A program made the position numbers and the translations under genes. Shown piece by piece: positions 19,520 through 29,042 of a stretch of DNA of 64,000 bases; position 1 is the first letter of the stretch, and each line of letters starts with the position of its first letter. Source of the stretch: a virus; the IMG/VR virus record IMGVR_UViG_3300017917_004441, positions 36,912 through 100,911 of that record. The stretch is one strand, 5' to 3'. The notes below the pieces were generated by a model. The model did no database searches and had not been told where the DNA came from. It saw only the letters and a program-made list of their open reading frames with translations.

Positions 19520-20329
19520 ATGAGTAAAATAATAGAAGAAGGATTTGATGATTTGGGGATGCCAACTCTCAAATACTATGCTTTTGACTGGGATGACAAT
19601 TTGATGTTCATGCCGACCAAGATTATTGTTCAGGATGAAGACGGAAAAGAAATCGGTATGTCTACCGAAGATTTCGCGGAACACAGAACAAAGATCGGCA
19701 AGGAACCATTCAAATACGAAGGTAAGACCATTACTGGTTTTGCATCCGATCCGTTCAGAAACTTCACTACAAAGGGTGACAAACAGTTTTTGATTGACAG
19801 TATGAAGGCAAAACCCGGACCGGCTTGGGCGGATTTCGTAGAGGCGGTAAATAACGGGTCTATCTTCTCAATTATCACGGCAAGAGGACACAATCCAAAC
19901 ACACTAAAAGAAGCGGTTTACAATATGATTGTGTCTGACCATATGGGTCTGAATAAAGATTTATTGATTAAGAATCTTAAAAAATTCCGTGACTTTGTGG
20001 GTGATGGAAAAAAAGGGAAACAAGATATGATCCGTGAATATATGGACCTTCTCAAGTTCTATCCTGTAACCTATGGTGAGGGTTCGGCTTCTAATCCTGA
20101 AGAACTAAAAGTTCAAGCAATGAAAGAATTCATTTCCTATGTAAAGCAACAAGCAAAAGAACTAGGACAGAATGTATTCTTAAAGGACGATGTAAAGAAC
20201 AGATTTATACCTCAAATAGGATTTTCAGATGATGATATAAGAAATGTAGAAGTAATGAAGAAGCATTTTGAAGATGAACCAGTTCTTAAGACTTATTCTA
20301 CTGCTGGAGGTGTTAAGACTAGATATTAG
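19520..20329 (+). CDS. HAD-superfamily phosphatase-like protein
   Basis: Motif I FDWDDNL, motif II ITARG, motif III K, motif IV FSDDD. Confidence 0.7.
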   Translation: MSKIIEEGFDDLGMPTLKYYAFDWDDNLMFMPTKIIVQDEDGKEIGMSTEDFAEHRTKIGKEPFKYEGKTITGFASDPFRNFTTKGDKQFLIDSMKAKPGPAWADFVEAVNNGSIFSIITARGHNPNTLKEAVYNMIVSDHMGLNKDLLIKNLKKFRDFVGDGKKGKQDMIREYMDLLKFYPVTYGEGSASNPEELKVQAMKEFISYVKQQAKELGQNVFLKDDVKNRFIPQIGFSDDDIRNVEVMKKHFEDEPVLKTYSTAGGVKTRY

Positions 20330-20381
20330 AGAGAATAAATTTTTGAAAAACAAAGTAAAGTCAAAAAATTTTAAACGGCAG

Positions 20382-20389
20382 TATTTATA
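20382..20389 (+). promoter_or_regulatory. TATTTATA motif
   Basis: Upstream of the tail tube gene. Confidence 0.6.
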
Positions 20390-20426
20390 ATAAACTAAAA
20401 TAAAAAAACAAAAAAAATAACATACC

Positions 20427-20915
20427 ATGGCAGACTTATTAATGAAAATGCCGGTTCCTTATGAACCAAAAAGAACCAACAGGTTTATCCTACGTTTTGA
20501 TTCCACGTTGGGTATTAACGAATGGTTCGTTGAATCAACGGGTCGTCCAAGTATTGACATCAACCCTGTTGAGATTCCATTCTTGAACACTTCTACATTT
20601 GTTGCAGGAAGATTCAAATGGAATTCTATAAATGTTAAATTCCGTGACCCAATCGGTCCATCAGCAACTCAGGCTCTTATGGAGTGGGTTCGTCTACACG
20701 CTGAATCAGTGACTGGTCGTATGGGTTACGCTGCGGGATATAAGAAAAACGTTGACCTTGAAATGTTGGACCCAACAGGAGTTGTTGTGGAAAAATGGAT
20801 TTTGGAAGGAACGATGATTACAAAAACAGCTTGGTCTGAAGCTAACTACTCTCAGGACTCATTGGCTACTTTGGATGCAACTCTCCAAATGGATCGTTGT
20901 ATCTTGGTTTACTAA
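20427..20915 (+). CDS. Tail tube protein (gp19-like)
   Basis: EPKRTNRF, GRFKWNSINVKFRD, YKKNVDLEMLDPTGVVVEKWILEG; located after the sheath. Confidence 0.85.
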   Translation: MADLLMKMPVPYEPKRTNRFILRFDSTLGINEWFVESTGRPSIDINPVEIPFLNTSTFVAGRFKWNSINVKFRDPIGPSATQALMEWVRLHAESVTGRMGYAAGYKKNVDLEMLDPTGVVVEKWILEGTMITKTAWSEANYSQDSLATLDATLQMDRCILVY

Positions 20916-20933
20916 GGTGTTTACTTTTTATTG

Positions 20934-20961
20934 TTGATTAATAAGCAACTCATGGTATAAT
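20934..20961 (+). promoter_or_regulatory. sigma70-like promoter TTGATT-N16-TATAAT with extended -10 TG
   Basis: Read directly from the sequence; abuts a terminator hairpin. Confidence 0.5.
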
Positions 20962-20962
20962 T

Positions 20963-20994
20963 AACACAGGGACAAACTCCCTGTGTTTTTTTTT
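20963..20994 (+). terminator. Intrinsic terminator after the tail tube gene
   Basis: AACACAGGGA-CAAAC-TCCCTGTGTT followed by a T-run. Confidence 0.75.
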
Positions 20995-21744
20995 ATGGAA
21001 AATGATGTAAAAATGTACGGACAACAAGATTTTTCACTTCCACACGATGTGGTGAAACTTCCGTCTGAAGGAAAATTTTATAAGAATAAAAAGAAGAGTG
21101 TCAAAGTCGGATACCTCACAGCTGCGGATGAAAACATCATTATGGCGGCAAAAGCTGAAGATATGATTATGACACTCCTTAGAGCAAAGGTCTACGAACC
21201 TGACCTTCGTCCCGATGATATGTTGAATGGAGACATTGAGGCAATCCTCATTTTCTTGAGAAACACATCATTTGGTTCTGAATACAAAATTCAAGTAACC
21301 GACCCCGAGACAGGGAAAAGATTTGCAAGTGAAATCCAATTGGATGAGTTGGATATCAAAAGAGGAGAAGTAGAACCTCAAGAAGATGGTACATTTTTGG
21401 TTGAGTTACCAAAGTCAGGTGTCCAAGTAAAAATTCGTCCTCTAACCTATAAGGAGATTATGGAGATTAACAAACAGGCTGAATCATATCCTGTTGGAAG
21501 AGTTGCACCAAAAGTAACTTGGAAACTTCAAAAACAAATTGTCTCTGTCGGTGGTGATGAAAACCCATCAACAATTGTCAAATTTATTGAGGGTCTACCC
21601 ATAATGGATTCAAAATTCATCCGAAACTTTTTGGATGCCAACGAACCAAGATTGGATCTAAGAAGATCTGTAACCGCCCCGTCAGGAGAAAGAGTGACCG
21701 TTGATGTCACTTTCGGGGCTGAATTTTTTCGCGTTTTCTTCTGA
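20995..21744 (+). CDS. Baseplate hub/tail assembly chaperone (T4 gp26-like)
   Basis: VKLPSEGKFY, LTAADENI, GDIEAILIFLR...FGSEY and the C-terminal FGAEFF; lies between tube and tape measure. Confidence 0.75.
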   Translation: MENDVKMYGQQDFSLPHDVVKLPSEGKFYKNKKKSVKVGYLTAADENIIMAAKAEDMIMTLLRAKVYEPDLRPDDMLNGDIEAILIFLRNTSFGSEYKIQVTDPETGKRFASEIQLDELDIKRGEVEPQEDGTFLVELPKSGVQVKIRPLTYKEIMEINKQAESYPVGRVAPKVTWKLQKQIVSVGGDENPSTIVKFIEGLPIMDSKFIRNFLDANEPRLDLRRSVTAPSGERVTVDVTFGAEFFRVFF

Positions 21745-21883
21745 TTATTCCAAGTACCAATTAGACGAATTCTTTGTCTTGGCAAAACAATTGGGTATTT
21801 CGTGGACGGAATACCACAAAATACCGACATATGCTCGGAGATATTTGATTGACAAAGTTTTGGAGACAACTAAAAAAGATTGA
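21704..21883 (+). CDS. Short gp51-like ORF, probably a frameshift extension of the chaperone
   Basis: QLDEFFVLAKQLGISWTEYHKIPTYARRYLI lies in the +1 frame overlapping the end of the gp26-like gene, across TTTTTTC. Confidence 0.6.
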   Translation: MSLSGLNFFAFSSDYSKYQLDEFFVLAKQLGISWTEYHKIPTYARRYLIDKVLETTKKD

Positions 21884-21915
21884 TGATTCTATTTATTAGA
21901 ATCAGATAAGATCGC

Positions 21916-23751
21916 ATGCAAGCACCAAATCCGAACCCAAATCCTACACCAAACCAAAACCCTAGTCAGATTGCTCAAATTGTTGAGAAGTTAAGACAGG
22001 GTGTTGAGGATGCCTTTTCCACATTGAGTGCCCGTACAGTTGAATTGGAGAGGGACTTTACGACTTTTAATGCAAAGTTTGCCGGTGAAATAGGACAAAC
22101 ACAAAAAGCAATTATCGGATTACGCGAGGAGATTGCTGTTGCTACACCTGGTATATCGGGTTTGGGTGGTGATTTACAAGATGTGTTGAATATTGAGTTA
22201 TCAATAGCTCGAGCCTTAGGTACAAACATTATCACATTAGGTGAGACAGTAGAAGACCTGTTCGTGGCGGGTAAAGCTGTTGGTGTTGCCTCTGATGAAG
22301 TTGGTGCCATGGTTGGATACTTCAAAGATGCGGGTATTGAAGCCGGTCTTCTAAGAGACAGAATCCAAGAGACTGTGGATATTTCACGAAGTATTGGTGT
22401 CAACACCACCGCGGTTTTTGAACTCGTACAGAAAAATTTAGGACAACTAAATGAATACGGATTTGAAAACGGTGTTGCGGGATTATCATCTATGGCAGCA
22501 AAAGCGGTAATGATGAGAACCGACATGAGTAGAATATTCACGTTTGCTGAAAGAGTATTCTCCCCCGACAGTGCCATCAACACCGTTGCCGCATTCCAGA
22601 GGTTAGGAGTGGCTGTTGGTGATTTAGCGGATCCGTTCAGATTGATGTATTTGGCATCCGAAGACGTAGGTGAACTACAGAATCAGGTAATCAAGATGAC
22701 ATCAACGATGACATACTTTGACGAGAAAACAAAAGAATTCAAAGTATTCCCAAATGCTAAGAGAGATCTTCGTGAAATCGCTCAAGAAACTGGACTTGCT
22801 TATGACGATTTGGTGAAGTTCTCAATAGGACAACAAAAACTCAACATGATTGCCAAGGATTTCAGAATTCAAGGTATTGATGAAGAGTCAAAAATGTTTA
22901 TCTCAAACTTAGCGACCTACAGTAAAGATAGAGGAGGTTTTGTTGTCAAGATCGGAAAGGATGAAAAACTTGTCACGGAACTTACACAAGCCGATATTGA
23001 CCAATTACAACAAGAACCTGTTACTTTGGAGGAACTTGCTAAAGCATCTCTTACTGAGGACGAACTACAAACCGCTTTATTACAACAGTTGGTGGATACA
23101 TTTGCAGCCCCAACCGCGGCTTCAAGACTTGCCACTGACCCAAGAGAAGTTGCTCGTGGGATAATGATGGGGGTAAGTACTACAATGGATACTGCCATCG
23201 GAAACCAAAGAGCTGGTATTGATGCAGTGAACAAATTTGTTGAAAATTCATCCAAAAGTATTATGGACTTATTGAGTGGAGAGGGATCTCTTTCAGAGTT
23301 GTCCCAAGTAATTGGTAAAACCACGATGGATATTGAAGGTGGTTTTACAAGAATTGCTGACACAATAACTAATATGAATTTGGGTGAAGTTGTGTCTAAG
23401 TATACCTCATCAGGAAACATCATTTATGAAGGTGCTGTAAAAGCCTACGAAGGGTTGAATAATCTATATCAAAAGGTAAATAATTTTACAGTTGATAATG
23501 TAATTACACCAACTGAAAAATTACAAGCGGCACCCACAAAAACTGTAGTAGAATTTGCCGATGTCAAATATCAAGGTAATTTGAATGTTGTATTATCAAC
23601 TCCGACAGGAACACCACAGGCAGTTGCCATCACAGATCAGATGGCATATGACTTATTCCAAAACCCGACATTCCAAAAACAAAACCAAGCCGCAATACAA
23701 CAAGCATTAGCACAAAACAATTATGCGGCATTACCCAACACAGCGTCATAA
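21916..23751 (+). CDS. Putative tape measure protein
   Basis: Helical Ala/Gln-rich 611-aa ORF directly after the chaperone genes; TATTTAT at 21890-21896. Confidence 0.6.
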   Translation: MQAPNPNPNPTPNQNPSQIAQIVEKLRQGVEDAFSTLSARTVELERDFTTFNAKFAGEIGQTQKAIIGLREEIAVATPGISGLGGDLQDVLNIELSIARALGTNIITLGETVEDLFVAGKAVGVASDEVGAMVGYFKDAGIEAGLLRDRIQETVDISRSIGVNTTAVFELVQKNLGQLNEYGFENGVAGLSSMAAKAVMMRTDMSRIFTFAERVFSPDSAINTVAAFQRLGVAVGDLADPFRLMYLASEDVGELQNQVIKMTSTMTYFDEKTKEFKVFPNAKRDLREIAQETGLAYDDLVKFSIGQQKLNMIAKDFRIQGIDEESKMFISNLATYSKDRGGFVVKIGKDEKLVTELTQADIDQLQQEPVTLEELAKASLTEDELQTALLQQLVDTFAAPTAASRLATDPREVARGIMMGVSTTMDTAIGNQRAGIDAVNKFVENSSKSIMDLLSGEGSLSELSQVIGKTTMDIEGGFTRIADTITNMNLGEVVSKYTSSGNIIYEGAVKAYEGLNNLYQKVNNFTVDNVITPTEKLQAAPTKTVVEFADVKYQGNLNVVLSTPTGTPQAVAITDQMAYDLFQNPTFQKQNQAAIQQALAQNNYAALPNTAS

Positions 23752-23794
23752 AAAAAAATATAACTTATCCTATTTATAGTAATAAGTAAAAAGG

Positions 23795-26700
23795 ATGCCA
23801 AGTAGCTTATCATTTCTAGCCACCAAAGCGATACGAGAAAAGTTATTGCTGAGAAACCTGAAGCCATACTCCAAACCTGGAGTATTCGCTCCACAGTCTC
23901 AGCCAGCTAGTGGTGAACTTATTCAGAACGATTATAACGTAATTGATTCACCTGATGTTCTGATTGACGCTAACCCATATGCTAATGTATTGGGGGTAAA
24001 AAACGAGTTTGGACCTAATGGGGGTTATAACTTGGACATCTCAGGACTTATATCAACAGCACAAAACACTCCAAACCGAGGACCCTATGGTCCATATCCA
24101 CCCTATACGGATGCCTTGGAAGTATATTCAACCACCTTCCAAAAAAGACAATACATCAAAAACGAGTATGTACCTCAATTTGGGTATCTAAGATATTACG
24201 AAATTGGTGACATTATCAAACCTCAAAGGAATCAAACCTATTGGGAGCCACCAAGTTTCAGACCTTCTATATACTCACCATACTCAATCTTGATCCAAGA
24301 AGACCCAGCCGGTGACGCTGGTGTTGTTTCCCAGGACTCCAGAATGATGCAGATTGCTGCCGAGAGAGCCAAGTACAGTTTCCAACAAAGAGTAAATCAG
24401 AATGTAAGAACCCAAACTATAGGTAGAGTAAACATTCTAAATGGTCTACAAGATCCAGTCAACTTGTCACAAATCCTTGCTGGACGTAGACCAATCATTG
24501 ATAGAGACTGGCAGATCACTACAGGTGGAGGAAATATCCTATCACAAGGACAGGATATTGTTCAAAGAATTGCGGGGTTCACTCTACCGTTCTCACCTAT
24601 TCCTGGTGACTACTTTGAACAAGATAATCTACAAAGAGATTTTGATACTACACAATCTTTAGGTGCAGCCGAAGGAGGACTGGCGGCGAGAATTGTTGGA
24701 GGATTATTTGGACTTCGTGGATCAAGACCGAAGTCACCATCACAGGTATTCTTAGATTATACAGGTGCTGGACAAAGAGCACAGTTGACATCCAATTTGG
24801 ACCTCAACAGATACCGTCCTCAATACAACACCGGTGGGACAGGAATTATTTCAGCACTCGGAAATGCCATCAGAGCGGCATTCGCTGCCGACAACGGGGC
24901 GGGATTCTACTATGTAGGAAGTCCCGAACGTGAACCACAATACTTGGTATCACCTCCTGGTGAAGTACCTATTGATCCATTTGGATCTCAAATTTTAGCA
25001 CCTGTTTATGGGCCTGACGTTCTTGGTAAAGAATACGAAGGACCTGAACAAAATTTCCAATTTGGTTTAGCCGGTAGAGCATTTGAAGACGATGGTAGTC
25101 TATCGGGTGGTTTTACATGGGTAAATGGTAAATGGGCTCCCAACTCAGGTAGAAGACAAAAACCTGGTGGGGATTACACAACCGAAGATCCCGATTTCCA
25201 ACTTATTGCTGGTCCATTTGAGGGTACACAGTCAATTAATTATGAATTCAAACCAGGATCCATACTGGATGATACCCAACGTCTTATTGACTCTGTACCA
25301 AACACAGGAGCAAGATTCGGACATGTTGGTAACGCCATTGATCAAACATCCAAAGTATTCTTTGACGGTTACAAAGAAATCACCAAAGGTTCTCAAGTCA
25401 TCAAATACACCGATGGACAAGAGAACGTTGGGATTGAATATTGTAGAGTCTTTACAAAAGATACTCCATATTACACATTCACTGACCTTCAGAAATACGA
25501 GGGTAACATCAGAAAGTTCAAATACTCAATTCTTGACTCTACATTCAATCTGAACATAACCCCAACCAAAGGGGAGGATTCTACAAACATCATTGATGGA
25601 CAAGTAACCAAATACATGTTCTCAATTGAAAACTTGGCTTGGAGAACAGGTAGTCGTCCTGGATTTAGATACAATGACCTTCCTGTGTGTGAGAAGGGAC
25701 CAAACGGTGGTAGAATTATGTGGTTCCCACCATATGACCTTACATTCAGTGAGGATACAACTCCATCATTCAATGAGACGTCATTCTTGGGTAGACCCGA
25801 GCCAATTTACACTTACAAGTCAACACAAAGAAGTGGAACCCTAAAGTGGAAGATCATTGTGGACCACCCATCTATTTTGAATTTGATAGTACAGAAGGTG
25901 TTGGCTAACGAGGGGGACAGACCAAAAGTAGATTCTATTGTAAACTCATTCTTTGCGGGTTGTAAGAAGTACGACTTGTATGAATTAGCAAAAATTTATA
26001 ACACGGTTCCACTCACTGAATTACAGGCTTGGCAAGAAGTTATCAATAACCCAAACACAACAAACGAACAGTATAAAGATGCGGTGAATTTCTTACAGGG
26101 AAATGAAACTGTTGCTCCAACTGGTGGGGGAACGGGACCATCTTCATCTGAAGCGATTTCTGCTGATTTCTTGTCATCGTATGAAAAAAATGGATTTTAT
26201 TTTGATAATGATATTCCTGGCACAAACCCTAATTTGACGACATCAACAAGTTTTGAAGTATTCTATAATTCTTATACATCGGCGGCAAACAAACAAGAAT
26301 ATCAGGCTAAAGCCATACAAAAAACTAATGTTGATTTATTTTTCCAAGACACCGTTGAGAGTAATTACACTCAAATTCAAGAACTTGGGAAAAAAATATA
26401 TGATATTTTACAACAACCCCAAGCCTCAAAAGTTGTTATTGATTTAGTGGGTAGTGCTTCATCACCACAAGAAGTGGCTTACAATAAGAAACTTTCATCA
26501 AGAAGAATAAGTTCGGTAGAAAATTTCTTTAAGAGTTTTAATTTTCCTGGTGGTGTTTCCCTAAGTAAATTTATTTCGGAGGGTAAAGTTGTGTTTACTG
26601 CAAATCCACAAGGTGAACAAAGTACGGCAACACCAAGAGCAGGTACTACTGCTTTGGGACCATTTTCTTGTACAGAAAATCTTACTGGTGCAAACAAAAT

Positions 26701-28720
26701 ATATTCGGTTCAAGCCATGGCGTGTAGAGCGGTAATAATCAACAAGATTACTATTGAACCAATTGTAGAACAACCTACACCAAACAACGTTGGGGTAAAT
26801 GCACAATTACAACAAGATGGTCAAAAACCACAACCAGTCAAACCAGGAACTGGTAATACACAAGCATTACAACAACCGACACAGTACCTATACAAAGGGG
26901 CTTCTAAGAAGTTGTTGAGATATCTTTTAAGTGAATGTGATTACTTTGAGGTTATGAAAGCGTCAAATCCGTTTATTTACGACTCAATCAAAGAAAAAAT
27001 CAAATACTTCCAACCATCATTCCACTCTATGACACCTGAGGGATTGAATTCAAGATTGACCTTTTTACAACAATGTACAAGACCTGGTGATACAATTCCT
27101 ACTATTGGTGCTAATGGTCAGAAATTATATAATGACGCTACAAATACATCATTTGGGGCACCACCTGTTTTGGTACTAAGAATTGGTGACTTTTACAACA
27201 CTAAGATTATACCAAAGAGTATCAACTTTACTTACGATAAGACATTTGACATAAATCCAGAAGGTATTGGATTTCAACCAATGATAGTGGATGTACAAAT
27301 GAGTTTCAATTTTGTTGGTGGAATGGGGCTTAAAAATCCAATTGACACGTTACAAAATGCATTATCATTCAACTACTACGCCAACACTGAAATGTATGAC
27401 GAAAGGGCTGAAGCAACAGAAGATACGACAAAACTTGATAGAGAAATAATACAGGCAATCCAAAACCAAACTCCTGTTGTTGGTGCTAAGAATGTTCAAA
27501 ACAACCTTACAACTGATGGAGGAAATACCATTGGAGTTCAGGTTGTCACAGGACAGACTTCTTCAGGTGTTACAGGAACAATTGAATATAAAACATTTAT
27601 GAACTCATTGGTTGACCAAACCAAGGACTACTTCAATGGTGGATTAACTTATTTTGAGAACCTTCTGAATAATTATAACTATGGTATTCTGTCGTTGGTA
27701 AACGATACATCAGGAAACAACGTTGGATATAACACAGGTGTAATCAACAGTAATACAACATCAATTATTGGTAAGAGTTTACAAGTCCAAAAGAATTTGG
27801 ATAACTCATTCTCAAAACTAATCTCGGCAATCAATGATGATGATCTTCCAATATTTAGTAGTCAAGCCTTTGTCAATCCATTGATAACAAACGCCCAAAA
27901 GAGATTGTTCAAGAAAAACTACAAGGATTTTGTGAACACATACAAGAATAATTTTGCGGATGGAATATCTGAAAACATTTCTACTATTGTACAAATCCAA
28001 CAAAACTTGGTTTTCAATTTTGATAGATTAAACTTTGTATTAGCAGGACCATCTGCGGGAAGTGGGTATGATGGAAAGATCAACAAACAAAATATTGCGG
28101 AGATTTTCATCACAAGTGGAACAACAGAAACATTCAACGGGAACCCTATTAATACCTATGTTCAGTTAGGTTTGGATGCTACCACGCTATCCATAAACAT
28201 AAATAACTATGTGACACAATTACAAGGAAAACAAATATATGTCGGGACTGCTTATAATAAAACCAGCGGGGCATACACACCACCAACTTCTGATACTATT
28301 ACCAACACTTTGTTACCAACTGACTTTGCAAAACTTGAGTTTATGTTGATGTCAAAAGCCATGTTGAAAGACAACAAACAAATTTTCTTGAATGCTTTGA
28401 AACAAGGATTGGATCAAGCCACTACAAATGCGATTGATTTCTATTATGATGGAATTGGTAATGCATCTTCAAGATATAATGTTTGGAAACAAATTTATGA
28501 TCAAAATAAAACTTTGATTACAACCTTCAAAACTTCCACAGTTGGACTATCTTTTGTTGAATACACTCCACCTTTTGGTAAAACTCAAGAAAGGATTACA
28601 GTTTTTGAGACAACCCTAACACCGCCGAACAATATCAAGAATACATTACAGAATATCTATTTACCTAAAAACGATTCATCTCAGATAAACCCATATAACT
28701 TCAAGAGAAAGTTTAACTAA
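23795..28720 (+). CDS. Large baseplate/tube-initiator-like protein with an inserted OmpA-like domain
   Basis: Tube-like segments (FPPYDLTFSE...LGRPEPIYTY...; APPVLVLRIGD...PMIVDVQMSF) flank YFDND...GSAS...YNKKLSSRRISSV; TATTTATA at 23771-23778. Confidence 0.6.
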   Translation: MPSSLSFLATKAIREKLLLRNLKPYSKPGVFAPQSQPASGELIQNDYNVIDSPDVLIDANPYANVLGVKNEFGPNGGYNLDISGLISTAQNTPNRGPYGPYPPYTDALEVYSTTFQKRQYIKNEYVPQFGYLRYYEIGDIIKPQRNQTYWEPPSFRPSIYSPYSILIQEDPAGDAGVVSQDSRMMQIAAERAKYSFQQRVNQNVRTQTIGRVNILNGLQDPVNLSQILAGRRPIIDRDWQITTGGGNILSQGQDIVQRIAGFTLPFSPIPGDYFEQDNLQRDFDTTQSLGAAEGGLAARIVGGLFGLRGSRPKSPSQVFLDYTGAGQRAQLTSNLDLNRYRPQYNTGGTGIISALGNAIRAAFAADNGAGFYYVGSPEREPQYLVSPPGEVPIDPFGSQILAPVYGPDVLGKEYEGPEQNFQFGLAGRAFEDDGSLSGGFTWVNGKWAPNSGRRQKPGGDYTTEDPDFQLIAGPFEGTQSINYEFKPGSILDDTQRLIDSVPNTGARFGHVGNAIDQTSKVFFDGYKEITKGSQVIKYTDGQENVGIEYCRVFTKDTPYYTFTDLQKYEGNIRKFKYSILDSTFNLNITPTKGEDSTNIIDGQVTKYMFSIENLAWRTGSRPGFRYNDLPVCEKGPNGGRIMWFPPYDLTFSEDTTPSFNETSFLGRPEPIYTYKSTQRSGTLKWKIIVDHPSILNLIVQKVLANEGDRPKVDSIVNSFFAGCKKYDLYELAKIYNTVPLTELQAWQEVINNPNTTNEQYKDAVNFLQGNETVAPTGGGTGPSSSEAISADFLSSYEKNGFYFDNDIPGTNPNLTTSTSFEVFYNSYTSAANKQEYQAKAIQKTNVDLFFQDTVESNYTQIQELGKKIYDILQQPQASKVVIDLVGSASSPQEVAYNKKLSSRRISSVENFFKSFNFPGGVSLSKFISEGKVVFTANPQGEQSTATPRAGTTALGPFSCTENLTGANKIYSVQAMACRAVIINKITIEPIVEQPTPNNVGVNAQLQQDGQKPQPVKPGTGNTQALQQPTQYLYKGASKKLLRYLLSECDYFEVMKASNPFIYDSIKEKIKYFQPSFHSMTPEGLNSRLTFLQQCTRPGDTIPTIGANGQKLYNDATNTSFGAPPVLVLRIGDFYNTKIIPKSINFTYDKTFDINPEGIGFQPMIVDVQMSFNFVGGMGLKNPIDTLQNALSFNYYANTEMYDERAEATEDTTKLDREIIQAIQNQTPVVGAKNVQNNLTTDGGNTIGVQVVTGQTSSGVTGTIEYKTFMNSLVDQTKDYFNGGLTYFENLLNNYNYGILSLVNDTSGNNVGYNTGVINSNTTSIIGKSLQVQKNLDNSFSKLISAINDDDLPIFSSQAFVNPLITNAQKRLFKKNYKDFVNTYKNNFADGISENISTIVQIQQNLVFNFDRLNFVLAGPSAGSGYDGKINKQNIAEIFITSGTTETFNGNPINTYVQLGLDATTLSININNYVTQLQGKQIYVGTAYNKTSGAYTPPTSDTITNTLLPTDFAKLEFMLMSKAMLKDNKQIFLNALKQGLDQATTNAIDFYYDGIGNASSRYNVWKQIYDQNKTLITTFKTSTVGLSFVEYTPPFGKTQERITVFETTLTPPNNIKNTLQNIYLPKNDSSQINPYNFKRKFN

Positions 28721-28721
28721 T

Positions 28722-29042
28722 ATGCAAACATACTACAATAGATATCAACAATTTTTCGTGAATGGAGAACAAACCGTGGTTCCTTTTATTCCATTACCAT
28801 CAAAAACAACTGATCAGAGGTATGTCTATAGAGTTGGTGTTAGTAGGTTAGATAAAGTTTCCCAAGAATACTATGGATCACCATTTTTCGGATGGTTAAT
28901 CCTTCAAGCCAATCCTGAATTCGGTGGTTTGGAATGGAACATACCTAATAACTCTGTGTTGACTATTCCATTCCCACTTGTATCATCATTACAAGATTAT
29001 AAAAATGGTGTAGACAACTACTTCTTCTATTATGGCAGATAA
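28722..29042 (+). CDS. LysM-like baseplate wedge protein (gp53/gpX-like)
   Basis: RLDKVSQEYYGSPFFGWLILQANP...LTIP. Confidence 0.7.
   Translation: MQTYYNRYQQFFVNGEQTVVPFIPLPSKTTDQRYVYRVGVSRLDKVSQEYYGSPFFGWLILQANPEFGGLEWNIPNNSVLTIPFPLVSSLQDYKNGVDNYFFYYGR

Noticed and set aside
21975-23423. Long antisense ORFs (202 aa and 168 aa) opposite the tape measure, and similar shadow ORFs elsewhere
   Set aside because: They lie wholly within confident genes, show no motifs and are expected from codon bias.
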